34,266 nt of DNA, from positions 1 to 34,266 of IMG/VR virus record IMGVR_UViG_3300039071_000060. One strand, given 5' to 3'. Positions 25,901-33,877 of this stretch are shown here, piece by piece (position 1 is the first letter of the stretch; each line of letters starts with the position of its first letter). The translations under genes and the position numbers were made by a program. The notes under the pieces were generated by a model. The model did no database searches and had not been told where the DNA came from. It worked only from the letters and a program-made list of their open reading frames with translations. The stretch is from a virus (lineage: Duplodnaviria; Caudoviricetes).

Positions 25901-27021
25901 AGCTCATCAACGCGCGGTGGATGGCGCAGTTGATCGATAACGATAGCGCCCTGACTGTTACCAATCAGACGGCGCTCGAGCGCGGCCTGGCTGGCGCACA
26001 GTCTGCCTTCTTCCAGTTGAACCTGATGAACCCTTTCACCGTGGTTTGGAAGGAGTTTGCAAGCACTATCCAAACCCATGTGCTGCTGACTGAGGCAAGG
26101 CAAGTGGCTGCTGCAGTGCGTAGCGGCAAGACCTTGCAGACCATGACCAAAAAGGAGCAGGCGACTGTTGCCCGATTGAACAGCTGGGGCATCGATCTTC
26201 GCACCGCACAGACGATTGCAGACATGCCAGTTGAGAAGCTCGAGGGTGGCAATCTGCTACTGGCCAACATGGAAAACTGGACGGGTAGGGATGGAGAGCG
26301 CGCCCGCGATATTCTCCTTGGCGCTATCTCTGGCACGGCACGAGCATCGACCATTACGCCTGGCCCACTGCAACGCGCTGCTATTATGGATGGCGTGTTC
26401 CGCGTGGGCGGTAAGCGAGTGGAGGCTCCCATCCTTTCGCTGCCATTCCAGTTGATGAGCTTTACTATGGCAAGCTCTGCCAAGCTGACGCACTCAATGC
26501 TGTCGGGACGTGATCGCAGCGTTGCCACATCCTTGACGGCATTGATGTTGGGCGGTGCTTTTGCAACGTGGCTCAAGTCGCCTACTGGTTTTGACTACAT
26601 GGAGCCGGAAGAATTTGCGCTCAACACGCTCGAGAACAGTTCGGTTTTGGGCTACCTCAGTGATGTCTACAAACGCATTGAAGATGTGTCTGGTTACGGG
26701 CCTCGCGCAGCCCTTGGCATTGAAGGGCCAGGTGACGGCACCATTAGCGAGAAGGTAGGCGCAATTGCAGGCCCAGCGCCTAGCGTGATTGCCGGTATGA
26801 TCGAGGCATTTGTCAGCGACAGCCCTGACTTGAGTGAACGTGAACGTGCAGGCATGGTACGCCGCGCCATTCCAATGTCTGGCCTTGTTTGGTGGGATGG
26901 CTACATGAAGGAACTCTCAAACTTGGTAGCCGATGCTGGCATGTTTGAGGGTGCTGGACAACCATCTGCAGAGTTTGATGAAAGCGACTTTGAATCAGTA
27001 GAAATCCAACCCGTCGAGTAG
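22903..27021 (+). CDS. large internal virion / ejection protein (gp16-like) with an ART-like insert
   Basis: 1372 aa; DPIN and Gly-rich hydrophobic segments; YFPRIFD; PFQLMSF C-terminal region; synteny. Confidence 0.78.
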   Translation: MEVSTKRTSRYRLLGETPDVQPVGEQSFFSRLADGYAIGAYGQMVDAAERFMAAGERTPGYDPLDHVPKGYEQFADNFMFARNQDEVDVITGNIQENLDIRQRQSELSLSQNLVIGVITGFFDPINAVPVPGLGGLGFVKGALKGGAAIGSINAAQEIVRDRLDPTSTATETSINIGMGYLAAGLISGGIGAFTKAPAGTTRLPPETRQRADDVGGRLDETFNLIDGIPGGKTTVTINGQTVRIIDGNTGKVDADGNYIPIDYRSKADAESANARSGLNEVGAPTKTADELLQDELAKPNPFEYDIDAPIGPTVYHGSRVSTENVNSFIDANGNLVLQPGENFGLSGVSFGVERQVAADYATRVIGGGRSTRNSGVFEIDADAVPNLQRETMGEAAIYTDAPVVIPAGKWRLTDAMTGEPVNLRPGADDADGVRVGDEAEAPLLDAEDTITIDSSAILAGFESKPWTRPALDGVTPLADDVFKTKEAWLNFSILKELNQKATPRLEGETAGAYENRINQLAMDEFNAGRLPLSPTTDNVLQSLAILPTPSGTLQRLAPDHVETHDLAQGIAGDHSTMTVANREGRPTTPGGSVFQRAQRWMMSMYITRTANNAAYAQYVTGKAAASVAGNAFEATRVGLPLIGRAAREGKLTRAEFNAYVGRAINSDQPFQMFGKALPDADMAIVKQAAEQQRALYAQFEAKARDLGIFDTQARVSQEAEWRRAANERDLSRLESIKSPKVRDIIRQEIADREAKIAELEKQLEEMQAEPIVPAGEQNYFPRIFDVGKIRADYDNFVKRIADSYGGDDALARAKVTVDRILGEGGEEFVPGMGTPKHLKGRQIPLTNEQLADYIVWDSELVMGLYARRMGATIEMFDRYGSRFLDKEFDDLKAALRRDGYDEKRISKIIQQEEDLRDRVLGRFHGKDPMSWDNRVVRAIKNYGSLTLMGRSIYSQSMDVARTVATEGYKPVWQAMHTMLRGELKDFQRGSYAKEAGEAMELINARWMAQLIDNDSALTVTNQTALERGLAGAQSAFFQLNLMNPFTVVWKEFASTIQTHVLLTEARQVAAAVRSGKTLQTMTKKEQATVARLNSWGIDLRTAQTIADMPVEKLEGGNLLLANMENWTGRDGERARDILLGAISGTARASTITPGPLQRAAIMDGVFRVGGKRVEAPILSLPFQLMSFTMASSAKLTHSMLSGRDRSVATSLTALMLGGAFATWLKSPTGFDYMEPEEFALNTLENSSVLGYLSDVYKRIEDVSGYGPRAALGIEGPGDGTISEKVGAIAGPAPSVIAGMIEAFVSDSPDLSERERAGMVRRAIPMSGLVWWDGYMKELSNLVADAGMFEGAGQPSAEFDESDFESVEIQPVE

Positions 27022-27070
27022 TCCATTGCTGGCAATGTTCTTTGCAGTGATGACGCAATAGGAGATTCAA

Positions 27071-28918
27071 ATGGCCATTCTTATCAACGACAACACGGCT
27101 CGAGTCCAATACACCGCGACCAGCGGGCAGACCGTCTTTGCTGTGCCGTTTGAGTTCTTCGAAAACAGCGACCTCAAGGTTTATCGCAACAGCACGTTGC
27201 AGACCATCACGACCCACTACACCCTGACCGGTGCAGGCGTGACTGGCGGTGGCAACCTGACGTTTGTTAGTGGCGTAACGCTCAATGACATTGTCACCAT
27301 TGTGCGCGACATTCCAATCAAGCGCGTAACGGACTTCCCGCTGTCTGGCCCGTTCAACATCGCCGCTTTGAATCTCCAACTCGATCAGCTAACGGCTATG
27401 ATCCAGGAGGTGAACACGCTTGTAACAACACGCGTTCCTTTGCTTTCTGAGTTTGACCAGCCTTCTGCGTTTTCTGCAATCCCAACGCTGGCCAATCGCG
27501 CCAATCGCTATTTTGTTTTTGACGCCAACGGCAATCCGGCCACAACGCCATCTCCGCTTGTTTTAGAGGATGTTATTTCATTGGGTTTGGGCACAGTTAG
27601 TGCGCCAACTTACACCTTCACTGGCGACCTCAACACCGGTATGTGGTCGCCCGCCGCTGACACGCTTGCCTTTAGCGAAGGCGGCGCGGAAGCCATGCGT
27701 ATCGACAGCAGCGGCAACGTCGGGATTGGGACAACCACCCCCGGCGCAAAGCTGGACGTAAACGGGCCAATCGTAATCGGCAACATTACCGCGCGCGGCG
27801 ATGGCTCTGAAGGTGGACAGATTACCTTTAGCAACGCAGCCAACAGCGCAGGGCCACTGACTCTTGATGTGGATGCTAGCGGCAACGGTCGGCTTATCAC
27901 CACTGTTAACAGCGCCAACCTAAGCCTTGGGCAACTTTCTGGCACGGGCGGGATCGTTCAATTTTACACTGCCAACAGCGAACGTATGCGTATCGACGCT
28001 ACAGGCAACGTCGGAATTGGGACGAGCGCGCCGCCGCAGCTTCTGGCTGTTGGTAATACTACGGATCAGTTTGGTGCGGGTATATCTGCCGCTGTCACAA
28101 CCGTGTATTTTGGATCGCCAAGTAGCGGTTCAGGCGGCATCCGACGCCTCGCATACGACCGCGCCAGTGGTAACTTCGACTTCATTGGTGGCAGCGTTGC
28201 CAGCCCCGCGACCCAGATGACCATCACTTCTACAGGCAACGTCGGGATTGGGACCGCTTCGCCGTCTACAAAGCTCCATGTTGCAGGTGCTTTAACCCTG
28301 GACACTGCTCTGTCTGTCGCCAACGGCGGTACGGGCCAGACTACTTATACCAATGGCCAACTGCTGATTGGCAACACTACTGGCAACACACTAACCAAAG
28401 CCACATTGACTGCTGGTTCTGGCGTAAGCATCACTAATGGCACCGGCTCAATTACAATTTCTGCAACCGGCAGTGGTGGCGGCACGGTTACCTCCGTAAC
28501 AGGCACCGGCACGGTCAATGGTCTGTCTCTTTCGGGCACCGTTACAAGTAGCGGCGACATTACGCTGGGCGGTAGCATTACTTCTGTGGCTACAACGGCA
28601 ACTATCAATGGCGTTACCATTGGTTACCGCAGCATCCCTCGTTCTACGACTACTTCCACCGCTGTTGTAGCGGACGTTGGCAAGTGCATTGCGGTTACTG
28701 CAGGCATTACGATTCCAAACAGCACCTTTGCTGCTGGTGATGCTCTCTCTATCTACAATGATAGTGCTTCGGCTATTACGATTACGGCTGGCGTGACCAC
28801 ACTCCGACAAGCTGGCACTGCTAATACGGGCAATCGCACACTGGCTGCGCGCGGCATGGCTACTGTCTGGTTTAATAGCGCAACTGAGGCAGTTATCTCT
28901 GGTGCGGGGGTTAGCTAA
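27071..28918 (+). CDS. tail fibre (T7 gp17-like N-terminal anchor)
   Basis: YTATSGQTVFAVPFEFF...LNLQLDQLTAMIQ; three GNVGIGT repeats. Confidence 0.92.
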   Translation: MAILINDNTARVQYTATSGQTVFAVPFEFFENSDLKVYRNSTLQTITTHYTLTGAGVTGGGNLTFVSGVTLNDIVTIVRDIPIKRVTDFPLSGPFNIAALNLQLDQLTAMIQEVNTLVTTRVPLLSEFDQPSAFSAIPTLANRANRYFVFDANGNPATTPSPLVLEDVISLGLGTVSAPTYTFTGDLNTGMWSPAADTLAFSEGGAEAMRIDSSGNVGIGTTTPGAKLDVNGPIVIGNITARGDGSEGGQITFSNAANSAGPLTLDVDASGNGRLITTVNSANLSLGQLSGTGGIVQFYTANSERMRIDATGNVGIGTSAPPQLLAVGNTTDQFGAGISAAVTTVYFGSPSSGSGGIRRLAYDRASGNFDFIGGSVASPATQMTITSTGNVGIGTASPSTKLHVAGALTLDTALSVANGGTGQTTYTNGQLLIGNTTGNTLTKATLTAGSGVSITNGTGSITISATGSGGGTVTSVTGTGTVNGLSLSGTVTSSGDITLGGSITSVATTATINGVTIGYRSIPRSTTTSTAVVADVGKCIAVTAGITIPNSTFAAGDALSIYNDSASAITITAGVTTLRQAGTANTGNRTLAARGMATVWFNSATEAVISGAGVS

Positions 28919-29538
28919 TGAGCGGCATCCAAATGGCGCTGCTCGGTAGTAGTGGCAGTGGCTTTATTGCTGTCACCAACACTTACACAACTGGTACTGC
29001 TGCTACTGAGACAGTTCCCACTGGCGCTACGCAAGTTGTCATTACGTTAGACGGCGGCGGCGGCGCTGGGGGTTATAGTGGTAGCACAATAGGTGGAGGT
29101 GGAGGTGGCGGTAGCCGCTCGATCAAGACTATTGCAGTTGTTGGTGGGGATACCGTTACTTACACGGTTGGTTCCGCAAGAGGCGGGCGCAATACTAGCG
29201 GTTCTGGATTAGGTGGCGTTGCCTCAACTGTGTCGGCTACTGTTTCTGGTGGCTCCGTAAGCATGATTGCTAACGGTGGAGGCGGCGGCGGCTCAAGTAT
29301 TGGTGGCGCTGGTGGAAATGCCACAGGCGGCGACACTAACATTTCAGGCACCGCAGGCTCTGATGGATCGCTTGATGGGCCAGGAGGCGCTGGCGCAAGC
29401 GGGGCTGCAGGCGGTAGCTACCTTGATGTGATTAACGGCACCGCTCCAGGCGGCGGCGGCGGAGGCAGCGGTGTTGACGCTGGGAGCATTACCTCTGGTA
29501 CGGGTGCGCGTGGCCAAGTTTCGTTTGCTTACACTTAA
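28918..29538 (+). CDS. glycine-rich putative fibre-tip adhesin
   Basis: Multiple GGGGG motifs, TVPTGATQVVITLDGGGGAGG; TAATG-coupled to the fibre gene. Confidence 0.7.
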   Translation: MSGIQMALLGSSGSGFIAVTNTYTTGTAATETVPTGATQVVITLDGGGGAGGYSGSTIGGGGGGGSRSIKTIAVVGGDTVTYTVGSARGGRNTSGSGLGGVASTVSATVSGGSVSMIANGGGGGGSSIGGAGGNATGGDTNISGTAGSDGSLDGPGGAGASGAAGGSYLDVINGTAPGGGGGGSGVDAGSITSGTGARGQVSFAYT

Positions 29539-29550
29539 GGAAAACAAACT

Positions 29551-29880
29551 ATGACCGTTACCAACACTTGGACCGTTGTCCGGATGGACGCCTATCCCGA
29601 ACGTGACGGCAAGACCGATGTGGTCTTTACCGTCCATTGGACGTTGACTGGCACTGAGGCTGGTTTCGTAGGCACTGCTTACGGGACACAGGGCGTAATA
29701 GTTGATTCTGACGCGCCGTTTACGCCCTATGTCAATCTGACGCAGGAACAGGTGGTTGGTTGGGCGAAGGCCGCTATGGGCGCAGAGCGTGTCGCAGCAC
29801 TGGAGGCCAGCGTAGCCAATCAGATCAACGAACAGATCGCTCCTTCGGTTGTCACCCCGCCGCTGCCCTGGGGCGTGTGA
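29551..29880 (+). CDS. conserved tail-fibre-associated protein
   Basis: DVVFTVHWTLTG...FTPYVNLTQEQVVGW...PPLPW; AAGGA RBS. Confidence 0.7.
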   Translation: MTVTNTWTVVRMDAYPERDGKTDVVFTVHWTLTGTEAGFVGTAYGTQGVIVDSDAPFTPYVNLTQEQVVGWAKAAMGAERVAALEASVANQINEQIAPSVVTPPLPWGV

Positions 29881-29910
29881 CTAACACTAAGCAGATAGCA
29901 AGGATAAGCC

Positions 29911-30105
29911 ATGAACGAGAGCCATGACTTTAACGCTATAGCCAAGACGGTTATGGACGCTGCTGCTGCAGGAGTGGGCCTCGTCTCATGGGTAGGTGTC
30001 GAAATATTCCCGGCAATCCTGCAAATCCTTTCAGCTGTGTGGCTTGTGCTGCGTATCTATGAGATGGATACGATCCAGCGGATGCTCGGGCGAAAGCCTG
30101 AGTAA
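29911..30105 (+). CDS. small membrane protein, holin/antiholin candidate
   Basis: Hydrophobic core; VWLVLRIYE motif; first gene of the lysis region. Confidence 0.55.
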   Translation: MNESHDFNAIAKTVMDAAAAGVGLVSWVGVEIFPAILQILSAVWLVLRIYEMDTIQRMLGRKPE

Positions 30106-31157
30106 TGGCAACGAACGCGCATGATGTAGACCCGGCGCGTGACGCTGAGATATTTGCTGCACTGCAAGAGGTGGGAAGCGCTCGAGCATTGGCGCGTGGT
30201 AATAAACATGGTGGTAGGTGGGCCATCATCTCCGCAGCTAGGCGGCACAAGGAACGCATTGCACAGGTAACCACCATATCCTTGCCAAGCGCACCCGATC
30301 TGCCTGATGATGATGTGCCAATCGAGGATATCATTGCGCTGCAATCGCGGCGCTTTGAGAAAGCCCTGGAGCATCAGAAGGCAAAGCGCTGGCGGCAATT
30401 TGATGTGCCTATTGCGGGCCCTTATGCGCTCATGTTCTTTGGTGATCCGCACGTTGACGACAACGGTTGCCATTGGCCACTACTGCAGAAGCATTGCGAG
30501 TTGGCTCGGGATACCGAAGGTCTTTATGCCATCAATATTGGGGACACTACAAACAACTGGGTAGGCCGACTTGCCAAGCTATGGGCTAACCAGGATACGT
30601 CAGCCAGCACGGCGCGCAAGATGGCCAAATGGTTGCTGCATGATAGCGGTGTGCCATGGTTCATCTGGCTGCATGGCAACCACGACATGTGGGATGGGCC
30701 GGTAAGCACCACCTGGTTCAATGCTATCAAGCCTCATCATGTGCACATGGACGACTGGCAATCGAAGTTCACGTTGCGCTCCCCGAACGGCTTTGATTTC
30801 CGCGTATGGGCGGCCCACAACTTCAAAGGCACCTCCGTATGGAACAACCTACACGGGCTCGAGAAGGCGGCTCAGATGCAGGATTGGGCGCACCTGTATG
30901 TTGCTGGTCACCATCATGATACTGGCTTGAGGCAGGGTGAGAATCCTCATCGGCAGTTTTGCTACTGGCTGATGCGGGTACGTGGCTACAAGTTCATGGA
31001 TGAATACGCTGAGTTGCACGGCTTTGGTGAGCACCAGTTTGGTGCATCCGGTCTGGTCGTTGTTGATCCAGACGCAAGCAAGCCGAACGCTGTGCAGTGT
31101 TTCCTCGATCCCTTTGAGGGCGTTGAATATCTTCAATGGAAACGGAGTAAGCTATGA
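30105..31157 (+). CDS. calcineurin-like metallophosphoesterase
   Basis: All five motifs present: GDPH, GDTTN, GNHD, AH, GHHH. Confidence 0.88.
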   Translation: MATNAHDVDPARDAEIFAALQEVGSARALARGNKHGGRWAIISAARRHKERIAQVTTISLPSAPDLPDDDVPIEDIIALQSRRFEKALEHQKAKRWRQFDVPIAGPYALMFFGDPHVDDNGCHWPLLQKHCELARDTEGLYAINIGDTTNNWVGRLAKLWANQDTSASTARKMAKWLLHDSGVPWFIWLHGNHDMWDGPVSTTWFNAIKPHHVHMDDWQSKFTLRSPNGFDFRVWAAHNFKGTSVWNNLHGLEKAAQMQDWAHLYVAGHHHDTGLRQGENPHRQFCYWLMRVRGYKFMDEYAELHGFGEHQFGASGLVVVDPDASKPNAVQCFLDPFEGVEYLQWKRSKL

Positions 31158-31657
31158 TTAAGTGGATGACAGAAGCGCGCCGTCACGTTGGTTTGAATGA
31201 GGTGCCCGGTGTAGCAAACAACCCAGTCATCATGGGCTGGGCTGATAGGCTTGGCGCTCGAGTGCTGGGTATCAAATACACGGCAGATAGTGTGCCTTGG
31301 TGTGGCCTGTTTGCTGCATGGTGCATCTATCAGGCGGGCATCAAGACGCCGGGTGTTTCGATTCGCGCAAAAGCCTGGGCAGATTGGGGCGATAGCGTTG
31401 GCACAACTGCTACGCGGCCACCGTTTGGGGCTATTGCTGTGTTTGGCCGCGACGGTGGTGGGCATGTTGGGTTTGTCGAGAGCGTCAACAACGACGGCAG
31501 CCTGAACATTCTAGGCGGCAACCAAGGTGACGCAGTGAACGTACGTCGGTTTGCACGACATAGGTTGATTGCGTTAAGGTGGCCTAAGGGTGTGGCGATA
31601 GCAGACCCCGCACCATGGGCAGGCTCGGTAGTGATTGACACTAACGGCGAAGCGTAA
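31154..31657 (+). CDS. endolysin, TIGR02594 / CHAP-NlpC-P60 type
   Basis: PWCGLF (catalytic Cys), GHVGFV (catalytic His), LGGNQGDAV. Confidence 0.92.
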   Translation: MIKWMTEARRHVGLNEVPGVANNPVIMGWADRLGARVLGIKYTADSVPWCGLFAAWCIYQAGIKTPGVSIRAKAWADWGDSVGTTATRPPFGAIAVFGRDGGGHVGFVESVNNDGSLNILGGNQGDAVNVRRFARHRLIALRWPKGVAIADPAPWAGSVVIDTNGEA

Positions 31658-31667
31658 GGAGAGAGAG

Positions 31668-31829
31668 ATGAATAAGGATCAGGTGTTTGGTATTGTCCGC
31701 ACGGTTGTTGCGGCGGTTGCTGGCTTTCTTGCCGGCAAAGGTTACCTCGATGCTTCGCTTGTTGAGGGCGTAGCTGGTGCAGTAGCAACAATCACTGTCG
31801 CTATCTGGTCGGTGGCCGCTAAGAAGTGA
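31668..31829 (+). CDS. putative holin, two transmembrane segments
   Basis: MNKDQVFGIVRTVVAAVAGFLAGKG...AIWSVAAKK; AAGGAG RBS. Confidence 0.75.
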   Translation: MNKDQVFGIVRTVVAAVAGFLAGKGYLDASLVEGVAGAVATITVAIWSVAAKK

Positions 31830-32026
31830 AGATTTTTACGGCCCTCCTGTCTCTGCTCTCGCTATTGGTAAGCGAGTGGGTTCGATCCCGTGCAAAGCAG
31901 GAGGGTCGTAAAGATGCCCAGGAGCAACTTGATGAGAATGTTGCCAAAGCTCAGGTCGCTATGGACGCTGACGACCCTGCTCGTCTTGACCGGCTGCGTA
32001 ACCGATTCGACCGCGCTCGTCGGTGA
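31826..32026 (+). CDS. i-spanin (Rz-like)
   Basis: N-terminal transmembrane segment then a charged helix; overlaps the lipoprotein gene. Confidence 0.7.
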   Translation: MKIFTALLSLLSLLVSEWVRSRAKQEGRKDAQEQLDENVAKAQVAMDADDPARLDRLRNRFDRARR

Positions 32027-32150
32027 CTATTGCCGCATCGCCAAGCCGATCAGCTACGACAGCAAGACCGACACCGCTGAGACGGTGAAAGAGATCGAGG
32101 CGCACAACAGCAAGTGGGCTTGTGTATGTGACAAGGACTGCCCGCGTTAA
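31932..32150 (+). CDS. o-spanin (Rz1-like lipoprotein)
   Basis: GGAG RBS; signal peptide with LTGC lipobox; Cys-rich tail; +1 overlap with Rz. Confidence 0.78.
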   Translation: MRMLPKLRSLWTLTTLLVLTGCVTDSTALVGDYCRIAKPISYDSKTDTAETVKEIEAHNSKWACVCDKDCPR

Positions 32151-32428
32151 TTTGTTTGCTTGTGCGCGCCGGCTGCGATCTGATCCAATGCCTTGTTCAT
32201 GCGTCTGCGAACGGTGTCGGTTGACATAATTGCCTCTTTCCGCAACCACGCCACAATCTGCGCCCGTTCCCCACCCGCACGCAGCGTTTCGATGTGAGCG
32301 CGTATCAGGGCGGCGTCTTTGCGGCACATAACAACTAAATGGTTATGCACGGTTTCGCCCCATCTTCCAGCTTCGTCGTCGCAAAGTTCCGCAGCCCGCT
32401 CCAGCGCGGCCAGGGTTTCATCGTTCAT
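32147..32428 (-). CDS. hypothetical protein
   Basis: AAGGAG RBS; ALERAAELCD and ERAQIVAWLR motifs. Confidence 0.7.
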   Translation of the reverse strand: MNDETLAALERAAELCDDEAGRWGETVHNHLVVMCRKDAALIRAHIETLRAGGERAQIVAWLRKEAIMSTDTVRRRMNKALDQIAAGAHKQTN

Positions 32429-32648
32429 CGGTCGGCTCCTTGGCTTGCAGGATGGCTCTTAAATCAATCTCAACAGCGTGACCTAGTTCAGTGGTGACAA
32501 TGGCAACCGCTCGCGGGTCGCTGCCCAGATAGCCGCTGGAAAGTCCTTTTGTCTTGAGCGCGCGGGCAATCCCAACGGTTCCCCAGCCCCTAAGCAAACC
32601 CTCCCGCTGCGCCTTCGTCAGCTTGGCCGCAATCTCAGCCGCGTTCAT
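32418..32648 (-). CDS. hypothetical protein, possibly winged-helix
   Basis: KLTKAQREGL...ARALKTKGL...TELGHAV; ATGA-coupled start. Confidence 0.6.
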   Translation of the reverse strand: MNAAEIAAKLTKAQREGLLRGWGTVGIARALKTKGLSSGYLGSDPRAVAIVTTELGHAVEIDLRAILQAKEPTDER

Positions 32649-32704
32649 GGCGCACCTATTGCGCGGATGGCTGCGAGGATTGCGGCGTGTATGATCGTGG
32701 TCAT
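32645..32704 (-). CDS. 19-aa mini-ORF (not in the ORF track)
   Basis: MTTIIHAAILAAIRAIGAP; ATGA overlaps at both ends; GGAG RBS. Confidence 0.5.
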   Translation of the reverse strand: MTTIIHAAILAAIRAIGAP

Positions 32705-33054
32705 GGCTGTTCTCCAAAAACGGCTGTGGCTGTTCCCGGCGCAATACCGGCAGCATCCCGCAAATTCTCCCACAGTGATTGTTCATCAACTGGGCGGTCG
32801 CATTTCCAATAGCCGGCTAGGTAAAGCGCCCGTGCCGCGGCCCGCAAAGCCTCGATCTCGTCCAGCATCGGTTCGGCGGCGTTCAGCGCGTCACCGATGG
32901 CCGGCAAGTGCTGACTGCGCCACCAGAAGTTGCCCCTGATTGTCGGATGGCTGTCGCCAAAACTAAGTCCGTCAATCTCGACAAGGCCGCGAAGGAACGC
33001 CAATTTCGTGTGCGCGTCGGCCAGCAGCGCCCGCAGTTGTGCTGTGTCAGTCAT
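32701..33054 (-). CDS. hypothetical protein
   Basis: AAAGGAG RBS before MTDTAQLRALL. Confidence 0.7.
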   Translation of the reverse strand: MTDTAQLRALLADAHTKLAFLRGLVEIDGLSFGDSHPTIRGNFWWRSQHLPAIGDALNAAEPMLDEIEALRAAARALYLAGYWKCDRPVDEQSLWENLRDAAGIAPGTATAVFGEQP

Positions 33055-33077
33055 TGGTCTACTCCTTTCGCTGCGGC

Positions 33078-33197
33078 TCATCGCCGGAATATCCGAAACT
33101 CAAACTTGGTGCGGTCGTGCGCCTTCCGTTCGCGCAGCCAGCATGTGCCTAGAAAAACGCAGGCAACAATCAGCGCATGATGCAGTGGATCAAGCAT
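33078..33197 (-). CDS. 39-aa putative membrane peptide (not in the ORF track)
   Basis: MLDPLHHALIVACVFLGTCWLRERKAHDRTKFEFRIFRR; AAAGGAG RBS. Confidence 0.55.
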   Translation of the reverse strand: MLDPLHHALIVACVFLGTCWLRERKAHDRTKFEFRIFRR

Positions 33198-33200
33198 TGG

Positions 33201-33563
33201 TCATGCTCCTTTCACTGCGGCGATGGCTGCGCGGGCGGCGTCAATCTGCGCGTTCAGCATTGCCCTCAACGAGTGCGCTACGCTGCTTTCCTGCCCACTG
33301 AGCATCCGAACAATCATCGAACACCCGTCGATCTGATCCTCCAACGCCTCCAGCAGCCCAGCAACGTGGGCTTGGCCAGCGCGTTCCAGAGCATAACCCA
33401 CAGACGGCTCGCCATTACCTTCCGGATCAGGCTCCGCACTCCACACCGTTTCGCCGCCAGCCTCATAGACCAACCAAATACGCTCCGGTGGCGCAACGCC
33501 ACGAGCTTTCGTAAATTCCGCAATCTGTTCGGTTTGCAGCAGCGCATCATCTGGCGTCGTCAT
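33201..33563 (-). CDS. hypothetical protein
   Basis: APPERIWL...TVWS motif; LLEALE...ARAAIAAVKG tail; ATGA-coupled. Confidence 0.7.
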   Translation of the reverse strand: MTTPDDALLQTEQIAEFTKARGVAPPERIWLVYEAGGETVWSAEPDPEGNGEPSVGYALERAGQAHVAGLLEALEDQIDGCSMIVRMLSGQESSVAHSLRAMLNAQIDAARAAIAAVKGA

Positions 33564-33877
33564 GGTTGTTGCTCCTGCTTAAGATTGATAGAGCCCTTCT
33601 TCTTGTATGGATGGAGGTCTATGTTGTTTTTCTTTGCCCATGCAGAGTAGGCATCTAAGAACATCTTGTTGCTGTCATGTGTTTGGTTAATCAAGATGTG
33701 TTGCCCACCCTGACTGGGTGCATCTTTTAGCCTGGGCAAACCAAGATACATTGCCCGGTGATAAACTTGCTTCTTGCTGATCTGTATTTTCATCGCAATC
33801 TCGCTACCGTTTATCTTGCCCCATAGCTTTTTGAGAAGCTCATCCTGTTCTTTTGTCCACAGGTGCCGTGTGTTCAT
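33560..33877 (-). CDS. GcrA N-terminal-like HTH protein
   Basis: WTKEQDELLKKLW...SEIAMKIQISKKQVYHRAMYLGL parallels the GcrA pattern WT.E....LK.LW....S.IA...RLGL. Confidence 0.6.
   Translation of the reverse strand: MNTRHLWTKEQDELLKKLWGKINGSEIAMKIQISKKQVYHRAMYLGLPRLKDAPSQGGQHILINQTHDSNKMFLDAYSAWAKKNNIDLHPYKKKGSINLKQEQQP

Noticed and set aside
20740-27021. Virion-associated lytic transglycosylase in the ejection proteins
   Set aside because: No SLT or lysozyme motif was recognised by eye; a profile search is needed to exclude one
27071-29538. BPP-1-like diversity-generating retroelement
   Set aside because: I found no reverse transcriptase and no TR/VR pair differing at adenines
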